Both the position numbers and the translations under genes were made by a program. DNA of 47,914 nt, counting the filler, from Sphacelaria rigidula (taxonomy: Eukaryota): NCBI GenBank assembly GCA_964200075.2. It is 2 parts of 2 records of this genome, joined end to end, with 100 filler letters (N's around TTAATTAATTAA, not from the genome) between each part and the next. Parts side by side here need not be neighbours in the genome. Positions count along the whole stretch, not along the records: positions 24,014 to 47,914 come from CAXNAA020000240.1; 1 more part is not named here. The stretch is one strand, 5' to 3'. The stretch's first letter is position 1, and each line of letters starts with the position of its first letter. The notes beneath the pieces were generated by a model. The model saw nothing but the letters and a program-made list of their open reading frames with translations. It had not been told where the DNA came from and searched no databases. Below, one piece after another: positions 24,680 to 36,218 of the stretch.

Positions 24680-25056
24680 GGGCGACCGTCAGTACCACGT
24701 ACACGATAACTTCACGCGTTACACGACACGTCAAACACCTCCAACACTGGTGAATGTGCCGCGATATGCATAGAATGAAACGTTATATTCTAACGTGACA
24801 CGTGTCAATGTCACGTTACATAATACGTGACACGTTACAATACTACGTCACATATTACGTTACATGTGACGAAACGTCACGTTAAATTTTTTCGACGTGA
24901 TAAACGTCACTTTCACGTTACGTTAAATTTCCAGATGGCACGTTCACGTAACGTGAAATTTTCCAAACGTGACACGCGTCACGTGTCACGTTACGTTGAA
25001 TTTTATGAACGTGAGTCACGTCACGTTCACGTTCACGTGTCACGTATCCCTCCCTG
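24680..25056. mobile_element. Terminal segment of a hAT-like DNA element with ACGT-rich subterminal repeats (copy 2)
   Basis: Shares gccgcga..atgc..agaatgaaacgtta and catattacgttacatgtgacgaaacgt with copy 1; ends CCCTG. Confidence 0.6.
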
Positions 25057-25070
25057 ATTTTTATCATCAA

Positions 25071-25533
25071 TACGCACAACCCTCGGGGGGAGCGATTTGA
25101 AGTTTCTGCTAGAACTGGGAAAATGCTACGGGTGTACTTCGCTGGAAAAAAAGAATTACGTCGGCATCCCTCGGGAAGGAGAGTTTACCAGTTGGGATGG
25201 TGACAATTTTTTGAGATAGTTCGACTTGATTTTAGTCTAACCAGCGAAAATCCGAATATCTATTGGGGCTTTGCCCCAAGCGTGCTCCTCGCGCAAGCGC
25301 AGAACTTGTTTTGGTCGAAATCGGCGCCTGGGTCGCCGATTTGAGGTCTGGCAACGCACCCTTTGCCTATGTAACACTCTACACCCCTTAGCCCGAGTGT
25401 TCTCAGTGTGCCCTCGTTGGGGTTAGGGTTAGGGTTAGTGTTGGTGTTATAGTTTGTTCGAAGTTATAAGTTTCTGAGAAATTTCTCACCATCTCAAGTG
25501 GTAAACTGACCTCCCCTCGGGTTGTTGTGCGTA
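25071..25533. mobile_element. TIR element containing interstitial (TTAGGG)n repeats
   Basis: tacgcacaac..cggggggag versus ctcccctcgggttgttgtgcgta; gggttagggttagggttag at about 25420-25438. Confidence 0.6.
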
Positions 25534-25617
25534 CATGTGTGCAGGATATCCTGGTGCAATTTTGGCCGAAAATACCTCGAATTGGGCGCAGCGGAGCATT
25601 TTCCGTGTGACACCGCT

Positions 25618-25689
25618 GCGCCCGTTTAGTTCAAGTGATACAGGAGACTCCAGTTGAGGAGGTCACGATTTCGAATCCCGACGGACGCC
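25618..25689 (+). ncRNA. tRNA-like pseudo-cassette inside a repeat (related copies at 11616-11685 + and 15751-15822 -)
   Basis: 72 nt; acceptor stem GCGCCCG/CGGACGC, A-box-like TAGTTCAAGTG, B-box TTCGAATCCC; the other arms are degenerate. Confidence 0.5.
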
Positions 25690-26507
25690 TGTTTTTGTTC
25701 CGTCGGTAAGGTCATACGTTATGCAGTACAATTTTTTTCATTTTTTTCTTAATTTTTGTCAAGTAACCAAAAGACGCTATTTTTGTGTATTTTTGTGCCG
25801 CGTGTGCTATACCACAGGTGAGGGTATGTATCACCTACGGGTGATACATTTTTCAACTTCGACGGTTGCTATTGAGAGCCGTTTCGCACTGTCGAACAAT
25901 CCCGCTGACCCGAAGATCTCGAGAAGATCTTCTCAATGATACAGACATCCGGGGGCGCTACCGGCACATTTTATGAGGAAAGCGAGTTACAACAAATGAT
26001 CTCGCGGAGACGTTTTGCACCTTCGCCGATGGCAGCCCCCATCCCCCACGACCGCACACACTTGCGTTCACGTTTGATGCGTTTGGCGATGTTGGACTTG
26101 TGTCGGCTACCGGCAATTCAGCGCGTTCGTCTACCAGACTAAGTCAACATGATTTCACGCTTCAAACGTTTGGTTTCCAACTGCACGCGCCGAACGTCCT
26201 CTCCGTGAAGAATACATCTGTTGTGCGAGGTCGGATCAGACAGGCCTCCAAGCTTATTGTCGCCTTCGCATATCGCAACGATTTTATCAACGGCTTGAAT
26301 ATGTGATATCCGAGCTACTTGTCTCTGTTTTTAGGCCATGCTTCTCACTGAACACGTCAAAATCGTACTCCCTGTGCGAAAAGTCCCTGCTGAAACAATC
26401 AACACTACAGTACTCATTCACCACCCTCGGATAGTCTGCACGATTTGATTAAGCTAGCCCTGCCCCCAACCTCATCCTTCCCCTGCCGTGCCATCACCCC
26501 ACCCCAG

Positions 26508-26753
26508 CTTGTGTATTGAAAGGAGGCGAGCCGAGTGCGTGTATGAGTTGAGGGCGTCGAGCAAGCCCAAGAAGCCACTAGGATGCACCTCCACTACCCC
26601 GGCATCACCTGTAGCAGCAGCAACAGCAGCTGTAGCGACAGCCGGATTGTTGAACCGTGCGAAGCGAGCACGCCCTACCGCCTCGGGCCCTAGCGAGTGC
26701 ACGACACCGGCAGCGGGAGTGATTGCTCACGCCCAAGTATCTTCGGTCAAACG
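26508..26753 (+). CDS. Zn2Cys6-like gene exon (second half of the zinc cluster, LCIERRRAECVY)
   Basis: Acceptor ccccag|C, donor CG|GTACAG. Confidence 0.7.
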
Positions 26754-29700
26754 GTACAGTACTTGAGAATTCTATCATGTTGTACACATACACCCTGTAG
26801 ATACTTTACTTCCAATATACCTCTAGTTCAGGGAGGGAGAACGTTGTCGGGTGCAGTAGTGGCAGCAGTTCCTGAGAAATTCAAAGTTGAGTAGTGTTTA
26901 CTCGGGCTTGGTCTCGACATCAAAAGTGAACCACTGCAAGAGAAAAACGTTTGTGGCCAGCTTGGGTACTGGAGGTAACAGCAGTTCGACAGTATATGTA
27001 TTCCTTTCTGACAAAGCAGTGGTCGTCGATAGAACCTCCATTCCTTGAATTCAGCCGGAAAGCAACACCACCAGGTGTGTATCCATGATAGGGTTTGCTA
27101 CAGGGTCTCAAGAGTGCACGGCAGCAGTGGCGTCGTATCTTTTCTTACTGCACAGCAACTGGGCACATTCGCGGGAGGGGCGAGCCACGTCGCAATCATG
27201 CTAGAGAACAACAAGACAACGCCGTAAACGAAGCGTAACGGTCGACGGAAGTAGTATCATATATGTTACCATATTTGTCTTGCCGTGCCTATGGTGAACA
27301 GGTGTCCGCTCAACCCCTCGCCAGCGACAGGGCTGTTGGGCATGCAGGAGAACGTCTTCTTATGGGACTACTTCGACTGCTTAGGCTTGCTACCCTTCGT
27401 GACCAAAAGGTGCACCAGCTGCTATTTCATGACAAAATACCGTAGGTGGCGGTTCATGCCTTCCCCGTTATAATCTGGTTCATGCGCTGACGACCGCGAT
27501 TCCCTCGAGAAGTAGAACCGTGCAGTCTCCCGGAGTAGGATTATCGGAACACCTCGGGCGAAATGTTTCCAGAGATCCGACGTCGGCGGCATAGCGTTGA
27601 CCTCAGTCACTTGGCATATCGGCTTCTCTCCGTGCAGAGTGTTCTGCTGTATGAGGAAATGCACACAAAGCGATTCGTGTGGGTAGATCCTGTGCAACAT
27701 AATTCGGCTACAGGAATCCGATATGTATTGGCGACGAGAGTAACTAGTTTTAGGGGGAAACGTCTTACTCTGGTATTGCATCAGAATTTCGGTGTCGAGG
27801 TCTCCTGGGGTCGTACCAGGTGGGCGATATCTTTTGGCTGATGCAGGTTCTTGTGCTGTAGCCGAAGTGCCGTCATGATGTAAGAGGGACAGCTCTTGTC
27901 CTACCCTGACTGTTCTCCTTCGTTTTTTTTTAACGCATTGGTGGGCGCCGTCGTTTGGTTGACACTCGTTCTTGCGCTGCGGGAAAAATGTTGCCTATGA
28001 TATAGTGGAGTGAGTTATTGTCCCGACGAGGCAGGCGCCCTCTCACCCGGCCCCCGATGACAGCCCTGCCCTCCTATTTTTTCCTCCTCACGACTGAAGG
28101 TATGTCCCGGTGTTGTATCGCAAGATTGAGCACGCTTTTAACATTACTTCTCCTCCTTGCCTCGTGCACAAATCTGCATATTCCCCCTGCCCCGCCTCCG
28201 TACAGCGAGGTTCGGCAGGCGATGACTGGCATAATGGCTGAAAGCAGCAAGCAGGCAGACTGTCTTGAAGGGCCGCAAAGGTTATTGTGGCCTCTAGCTG
28301 GAGGTGGGGATCTGGGTGAAGCCGGACAACGGAGGGGAAGCGGGGGCGCGGGCGGGTGGAATCCAACGGAGAGCAGTGCGACAGAGGGTGTGAGGACAGG
28401 CACCGACTCAACGACGTGTCTGTTTTGGTGTGCGATTGCTCTTGGCGCTCTCGTCAGGGGTCCGCCTATGGAAAAGGTGAGCCCCCGGCCCCTCGTCATG
28501 TTTTTTTCGTGTGTGTTGTACTGACTCGATTGTCCCTAGGCGAATGATTAACGTAGAGAGGAATTATCTCCTTTCTCTGTGGCCTTCTCAGCGTACAGCT
28601 ACGGACGTGCCCGTGGGTAAGATATACCAGGGTTGATGGATCTCCAAACATCTAACGCTCATTAGACAGGAAAGAGTGCGGAGATATTCGCGGCACCGTT
28701 TGAAACTTGATAATGTAATTTATTTCGCCTCCATACCTATGTGTAGTACACCGGGAAGATGTTTAGTACCACCTGATGTCTGTGCAAAGCTGTTCTGCCC
28801 GTGTACGATTACCTGGCTACTCGACCATTCTACCTCGTAGTAAAAACATACAAAAGTGTATGTTGCTTCCGCAAAGTACGTGAATATGGGTCGCGCTCTT
28901 TTGCGCCGCGTTCATTTTTTTGATAGTTGATCGTTGTCAGCTGGATACGGGCAAGGGCAACACCCTAAGTTGAAACCTCATCTGCCGGTTGATACGAAGC
29001 CGAGCTGTTAAACGAATGCAGGCAGATATCGTACGTTGAACGTGTGTAATTGTCGTTAGCTAGGCATGCTCATACTAGATACCGTCGGCGGGAGTAAAAT
29101 ACCACCAGTCGGGTGATGAAGGCGTTGCAAACATTTTCCGGACATTTGAATGTGCTCCTGGTCTACATGCGGAGGTGGTAGCTTGTTTGCGTGGGGTGGA
29201 TGCAGCTGGTTCATGTTTCGAGGAGCTGACCCTGTCGATGCCGTGCATTGCAGCTTTGATCTCGACGTGAGTCGAAAACATCATGGCTTCCCTCCCCGTC
29301 TCTCCGCTCTGATGTTGAGTCGCTGCTGCTGAATAATGAGAGACTGCAATGACCGACATGCCAAAGGTAGAAAGATCTGTACTAGCACAACATGCTCTTA
29401 TACCATGGACCGCGTTAAGCAGTGTCGGGGAGACTAAACTCCCGGCTTCTTGCCTCCTCTGCCTTTTCCGTTGCTACGAGGCGACCGTGTTCTCTACAGT
29501 TAGTTTGTACCGCCGTCTGTTCTTCGCAATTTCTCTGTTTTTTTTTCTGAAGAAATAGTGTTCCATGTTCGGTGTTTCTGTGCTTGGCTTGAAATGTTTG
29601 TAGGTTAAGCGCTATGTGCAGATGGCGCGGCGGGCACTGGCGGGTTGCTTCGACGAATGCACTCTGGGAACGGCAAGGTGAAGCAAATGTGAAATGAAAT

Positions 29701-32700
29701 GCTGGGCAGGGAGTGCCCCAAGATCCAAGTGACTTGTGTGGATCTGCGGACAAGACGGCTGAGTAGTGGGGTACATACCCGCGAAATGGGCAGCTGTGGT
29801 GTGGTTGGATGCGTAGTGAGATGTAGCGAGCGAGGTCGGTGGTCCGTGTCGTGTGTCACGGCGGTCGTGCTGGAACCAGGGCAGGCATATCATAATGTGT
29901 CACAGTGCGTGTGTATCGTGTGACCTTGTGTCCGTAGGTTAAAATGATGGGCCTTTGGCTTATCTTGTTTCGTGTCTTGCGCGGGTGTAACGTAGGAGCA
30001 CCTGTTCGGTCCAAACGAGGATCTGACGTGCCTTTTCTCGTTGTACAATATACCCTTCATAGCAGTCAGGGTGTCGTTTTGCTGGTAACGCGGACCAAGT
30101 GGGTTCATGCATCGCGCACGAAACCCGCGTGTGACCCAACCATACCTAGGTCTCTAGACCTAGCTTCAGTTATCTACACGTGCTTCTACAACACCAGAAT
30201 ATAGTTGATATATTATGTTCATATTTAGCCGAATATTACAAGTTCTTCGGTGAAGTTGTAGGCAAAATGCTCTCGAACAAAAGCGGGATACGTCGAGAAC
30301 GGCACCTACGTGAGTGAATGATGACCTCTTCACTCTGTTGCGCCTTACTCAGCAAAAGTTGGAGGCAAAATGACCGTAAGAACACGATATGTCGAAAAAC
30401 TAAAATAAAGTAAAAACGACCATTTATTCACTAAAGAGACAAATGCTTTTGGATACTGCCGGCTATGAACGATTCGTTTTCTCCCCAGATTGACGCACAT
30501 GTACGAAACTATCCACGGAAAGTATCCGCACGAAAATGAAGGATCGATATGTTGGGTAAGTAGAGAAGAAGACACGGTGATTTATCCATGAAACGCCGTG
30601 TAGTCACACAGCATCACGTACATATATATAGATATACATCTATATATATCGAGACCCAGGTATCCAGGTTCAACTCGGATCAACCCGTAGGGATGGGCCG
30701 AGTGAATACGACGAACAGGTCTCACAGGCCGTATCCCCTGGCGTCGAGCTGACGTATGCATCGAGTCTTTGGCCTCCTTTCGTTTGTAAGCGGCGACGGC
30801 GTATCCTCTAGCGTTATAGGAAAACGGTGAAGTGAGAGATTTTCCAGGTCCTACGTTTCACGCGCGGTACGATGTATTGGATACGTTGCGCGCTTTTCCA
30901 GTTCGTTTCGTCGGGATCAATTGCGAGTTACTGAGATCGTACCCTCAGATGTTGAGCACACGGGATGTTAATGGATGACTGGATACTGCACTTATTGAAT
31001 CATTGATGTAGTGGTGGACCCGGACTAACCCTGACGAGCACTGCTACTGTAGCTGCTGCGAGGCTGTCAAACCAACTGCCGAATGATGTCGATGTAAAAC
31101 GTTCAAGCTTTCCTGTGTCACTTTCCCCATTTCACGTCCGGAGTTGGAGACGTGCACAGCCTACGCGTTTGGATGGTTCATCTACATTGCAACGTTCTGC
31201 CCTTGGCTTACGTGCAATGCATCTTCCTTTCTGCTCCTATTGTTTGTATTCAGGCAACGCAAACGTTCCCACGTACCTCTTTCTCTCCGTAGACTCACTC
31301 TGTTGTTGTAACCGAGTGGTTTATTCGCCCCTACGGCGTATCGCGCTTGTGCTGTTATCGCAGGGCTCACATGATGATGGCGTTCGTACATAACTTCTTG
31401 GGGGAAAAGGTCAGTGGGAAGCAATTGTGTGGCCCTGGAGTTCGATCCCTGCTGTGTTGATGGATTTCGTGCGTTCCGCATCATGTGGGGGGGTGTACTC
31501 ATGATCTTGCATGACCTAGTCATATGACCAGTGATATCACATCCCTACAAAGCCGGGACCGAGCGCGCGGGGTTGTCGTCGGACCAGGCTCGCAGTCAAT
31601 CATCGAGCGCGAAGCGCCGTGACGTGTTCGGCGGGTCGCATGAAGGGTGAAGCGCATCGTGCTAAGATGTTTTGGCCCGAAGCGTCCTGGTATCTTGCAT
31701 GAGGATCACAGCGTACAATGAGTTGCTTCATTTTCTGGTATCGCCATTGCCAGAGACAGCCACGGCTTACACACAGCCTCGTGGGTGTCTCACCATTTAC
31801 AAACCAAGAATTATAGTATCATCATCCCTTTGCGCGGAGTTGAGGTTCTCCCACGCCGCACGATATGATCTAGCTCGACCATCATCCCGATTACCGCAAA
31901 AAGAATGCAAGCGCGCAAGAACAACTAGCACCCTGGGTGCCTAGCTGACGCAGTGAGTGGCGTGTTTTACAGCGCCATTGCCAACCGACACCAACACCAT
32001 AGGGGGTTCCGTCCCTACAAATCCGGGAGGGACCACGCCGGGTTTTCGCCGAACCAGGCTGATTCGCATCACGTGGGGATAGGTTTCCTCTTTTCCCGCT
32101 GTATACCAGACGTTGTGTTTATGTCATGGTGGCGCTTTGAAAAGTCTTCACACATCGTTGTCATTAACGACGGGTGCTCCTACATGAGGTACGGAGAGAA
32201 GGAGAAACTGGGGCGCAGCTTTCTGCTTGGCTCCCCCCCAAACCCCGATTCACCAGGTGGTGAGCGCTGGTTTGCTAGTGACGGAGTGCTTCCCAAACTG
32301 CTGTGTCACGCGTAGAACTGTACTGGGGTGACCTGTTTCCCCATCTCTTCCACGGCCCTGACCGGCGCCAGAGGATCACCGGCGAAACGTTGCGGAAATG
32401 CTACACATGCGCAGAGCAGCTTGATTGTATCGTGCCGCAGGTGACGAGGTGACGGTGTAAATAACCCCCGGATGGTGGGCTTTCGAGATCCGCACACCGA
32501 TGACAAGGGTGAGGTATTCGGGGGGAGTGATGTATTCGTACCCCGACTCAGACAACGTACCGAGTTCGACTACCGGACCACGGCGGTGAGTCCTTGCGTC
32601 GTCGTGTGTGGCGTACTAATGCCCTTTACCTTCACGCGAACGTTCGTTCGTTTGTGAATATACCCTCCCTTGCTTTTCGAATCGTGACAGGTGAAACACG

Positions 32701-35700
32701 GCAAGTACATGGGCTTCGCGAAGAATATTTTGGAGGAGTTACAGCTGTCCCAAGAGATCCCGCCGGTGAGCTGTTGATGCCATGCACAAGGCATGACGAA
32801 GATAGACCACGGTTTTTGACTCGACCTTTCGAGAAGCCAGTGGGTTTTGAGGTCTTGTCAGGGCACTTCGACATTTTTTGTACTGCAGGTGCGAAGATCT
32901 TGCAGCATCGACGCGCGCGTGGTGGGGAACTAACCACCCCCCTCACTCCACAGGAACACTTGTTGCCCCCCATGCAACGGTCAAGCCACAACACTTCACT
33001 CAAGCACACAGATAGTCGCTTGATGACACTGAACTTCCGTTCATACTGAACGTCAACAAAACAAAGAACAGTTTTTATTGTTTTCATTAGGATCGGCTAT
33101 TGGCGTTCTTATTCGCCTTTCCCTTACTTTCCCTTTCTTCTTTCTTCCGTGTCTCTGTTCCCGTTTGGTTTGTATCTCACTTTTGTTCATTTTGCATCGT
33201 CCCATGTTTTCTCGAGTTTCCTTCGGCGAGTGTTCCGTTCGTTGTGTTTACCTTGGGTACTGTACGGCTATCTTGTATCACGGCTGCATACTATTCCCTG
33301 AACAGGTTAACTATAGAGAATACGGGCCACCTAGCATGAAGCAATGTTGGCTACCCGTATGCAAGCCGTCATCTTCTGCGAGGGAGGACATAGTCCTCAT
33401 ACTTAGGGTCGTGCGAACAGTTTCGGTGGCGGCTCGGTCAAATTTGGAGGAAAGAAATTGCGCACTGATGTAGTACAGTACGGTAAATATCCGACTCGTG
33501 CAGAGGGTTTGCGACTTCTACCGTCGAGAACCGTGCAAACTCTCTTTTAAGTGTATCTTCTATTTTTTTGGGTGATGTCTGACGGAGCGCGCGGGGTTTT
33601 CGTCGGACCAGGCTATAGTCTTATATTTTTTGGGGTGATATCTTGACTCAAGCACAGTCCTCGAGGGATGCGCGAACGTTCGAAGAAGCTCAACCGACCA
33701 GCTTTTCAATATTCAGCCTGAGCAGAATTCGGGGTATGTGTACCACCCAGAAACATTTTGATGTGACTAGCCATTCAAAGGTTGCGGAAATTCGCATGTG
33801 TCCATCTTGACTATTTGCCTTTGTTTGTTCGGGAATCTGTCGAAATCATCCTCGCGGCGCTTGTCCGGCTTAGGAGATGGTGAGACTGCTGATGATGGAA
33901 GAAAAGACGCGCGTGTTGTTCTCGAAAGAAGCCACGGTGGATGATGTATGGAGGTATTGCGAGGAAGGGCAATCTCTACCAGAGGTAAGGAAGGGTACTA
34001 CTCGCGCAGTGCTACACACATGTTTTGCGCCCGGAAACATATTGCAGAAGAGCAGAGTACAATCAGGGAATATGCCCGGAACACGACATTGCGACTGTTG
34101 TAGGCGAGATATCACGTCGCAATAGAGTCCAGGATTGCATTGAATCGTGTGATGGCTTGACCGTGGCAAAGGAGACCGTCCGGTTCTATAGGCACGACTG
34201 CAGTAAACAACACGTTCGCAAGGTTAGAAACGGATTTTTTCTCGGAAAAGGGAGGTATTCCGTGATGGACGCCAAGACGGCCGAATCGTCCGAAACGGCC
34301 GTCACCCCCATGAAAGCCCGTGATCTGACGGGAAATTCTGGGCGAAACGTTTCAGATTGACGTGGTCAGTGCAGAGGTATGAGGGTCAGAGTTAGCAGTT
34401 CTGCATACATCCGGTCGTATCTCATGGATGTAGTCACCGATTTCAAGTCTGATTGCGCCACGACTCCCGTCAGATCACGGGCTTTCAGGGGGGTTGACGG
34501 CCGTTCAGACGATTCGACCGTCTTGAGTGTAACTAACGGAAAACGTTCCGTTCCGAAAACAAAATCTGTTCCTAATCTCACCAACATGTTGTTAGTAATG
34601 TTCACTAGTTGAAAGTGTTCAAAATAGTAAGGTCGAAGTTACTCCGCGTTTACAACTGCGTACCGTTTTTCTGAGAAGTTGCGCGTATCGTCGCGTGTGT
34701 TAACCCTGCAGGAGCCGGAACCTAAAATGACCACAGTAGATTTTTGCGGAATCCTCAATCCTTCTGGATGTCGAAACATGGCACTCGTAGTACATTTCCC
34801 GTTTCGATAGTGCGGGAAGCACCTGCACACCACTTAACGTCTTTAATATTGGCACATCGCTCAGCTTCTTTAGGATAATGAATGAATACCACAAAAAATC
34901 TCACAGTCACAGCAAAAATAAATGCAAGTGTTGGCACGTTCTGGAGGGCGTGTTGACAGCCGTTGATCTTCAGAAGGACGAGGCGATCCTACTGTAGTTT
35001 GTTTTTCTTGGTCAAGGTGCAGACTGCATGCATCTACTGCAGCAATGACCGTTTACTATCTAGCAAACGTGCCAGACCGACCAGCTTTGGGCAGCTGGAC
35101 GCTCTTGAGAAGCGAGCAAGAGGCGTGCGCACATGTTCAGTGCGACTGGTCGGGTTTTGCAAGAATACTCCTCACAACTCTCCTTCGTGGCTTCATTTAG
35201 TGCAACATATGAATGATTCTACCGAGCTGAGCACGCCTCGGACACTAAATTCCCATAACGCGCTTGAGACACGCCCTCACACCGTGAGTACCCGTCTTTT
35301 CGGTGTGCCGATGACTCATTTTCCGCTTCGATGTGTGCTGCTTGTCACCCTCCTTCTTCGGACGCGCGGGCCCCGCGCGCGATGAAACCGGTCACCGCGT
35401 TTGTTCCTCGTGAAATCGAACAATTCAGCCAAGCGACGCCGAGCAGGCCGAATGCCTCGCGAGCTTCATCATGCATGCTGACATTCGTGGGTGAGTGGGA
35501 CTTCGTAGGACGTCGTGCATATTAGGTACAGCAGGTGTCAGTTTTCCCGTGGTTTTCAGGTGCCATACAACAACTACCCGCCCATTCAACTGAGTGTTGT
35601 TATTGCCAGTCATGACTCAGAGGTCTGATTCTGTCCCTGAACATAGTGTACTTTTACTTACACTCGAATCAATCAAGCAAACCGAACAGGCACACGGTGT

Positions 35701-36181
35701 GTTGAAGGCCGCTGGTTCATGGGGCAAGCCTTGTTTGTGATCTACAGTTACCTCTTCCCGTTCCCCCGCATTGTGATGAACCCGAAGCTAACATGGTGAT
35801 GACACCGAAAATACGGATCACGTTACCGGCCATAACTTGGCCAGTTTTTACTTCACCTTTGGAGATGCTATCGTACATGTGATCGAATCGGCAAGTGGCA
35901 CAAGAGGTCCTCAGACACTGTATCGAGGTGAACAGGGCAGTTTGTATCGAGGCGTTCCAAATGAGTGTTCCAGACGTTCCGCTACCTGAAGAAATCATTG
36001 CTTCGTCGACTAGCATGATAATACGTTTCAAGTGCAGATGCAGCCAGACTTGCGTGTATCTCACGGCTCACGGCTACCTCACCATGAGCGAGAGCAGAAC
36101 GTGGAAGAAGACTCTAAAATCGTAGCCATGATAGCTCCCGTGGTCAAGCGGGCGTGACCGCGTATTGTACGTGGCCACAGG

Positions 36182-36218
<37 letters not shown>

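Noticed and set aside
25618-25689. Functional tRNA gene
   Set aside because: The D, anticodon and T arms pair poorly, and diverged copies sit inside repeats.
35895-36125. Additional exon of the Zn-cluster gene (AVCIEAFQ..PLPEE)
   Set aside because: The acceptor is weak, no convincing donor was found, and the model closes in frame without it. It cannot be fully excluded.
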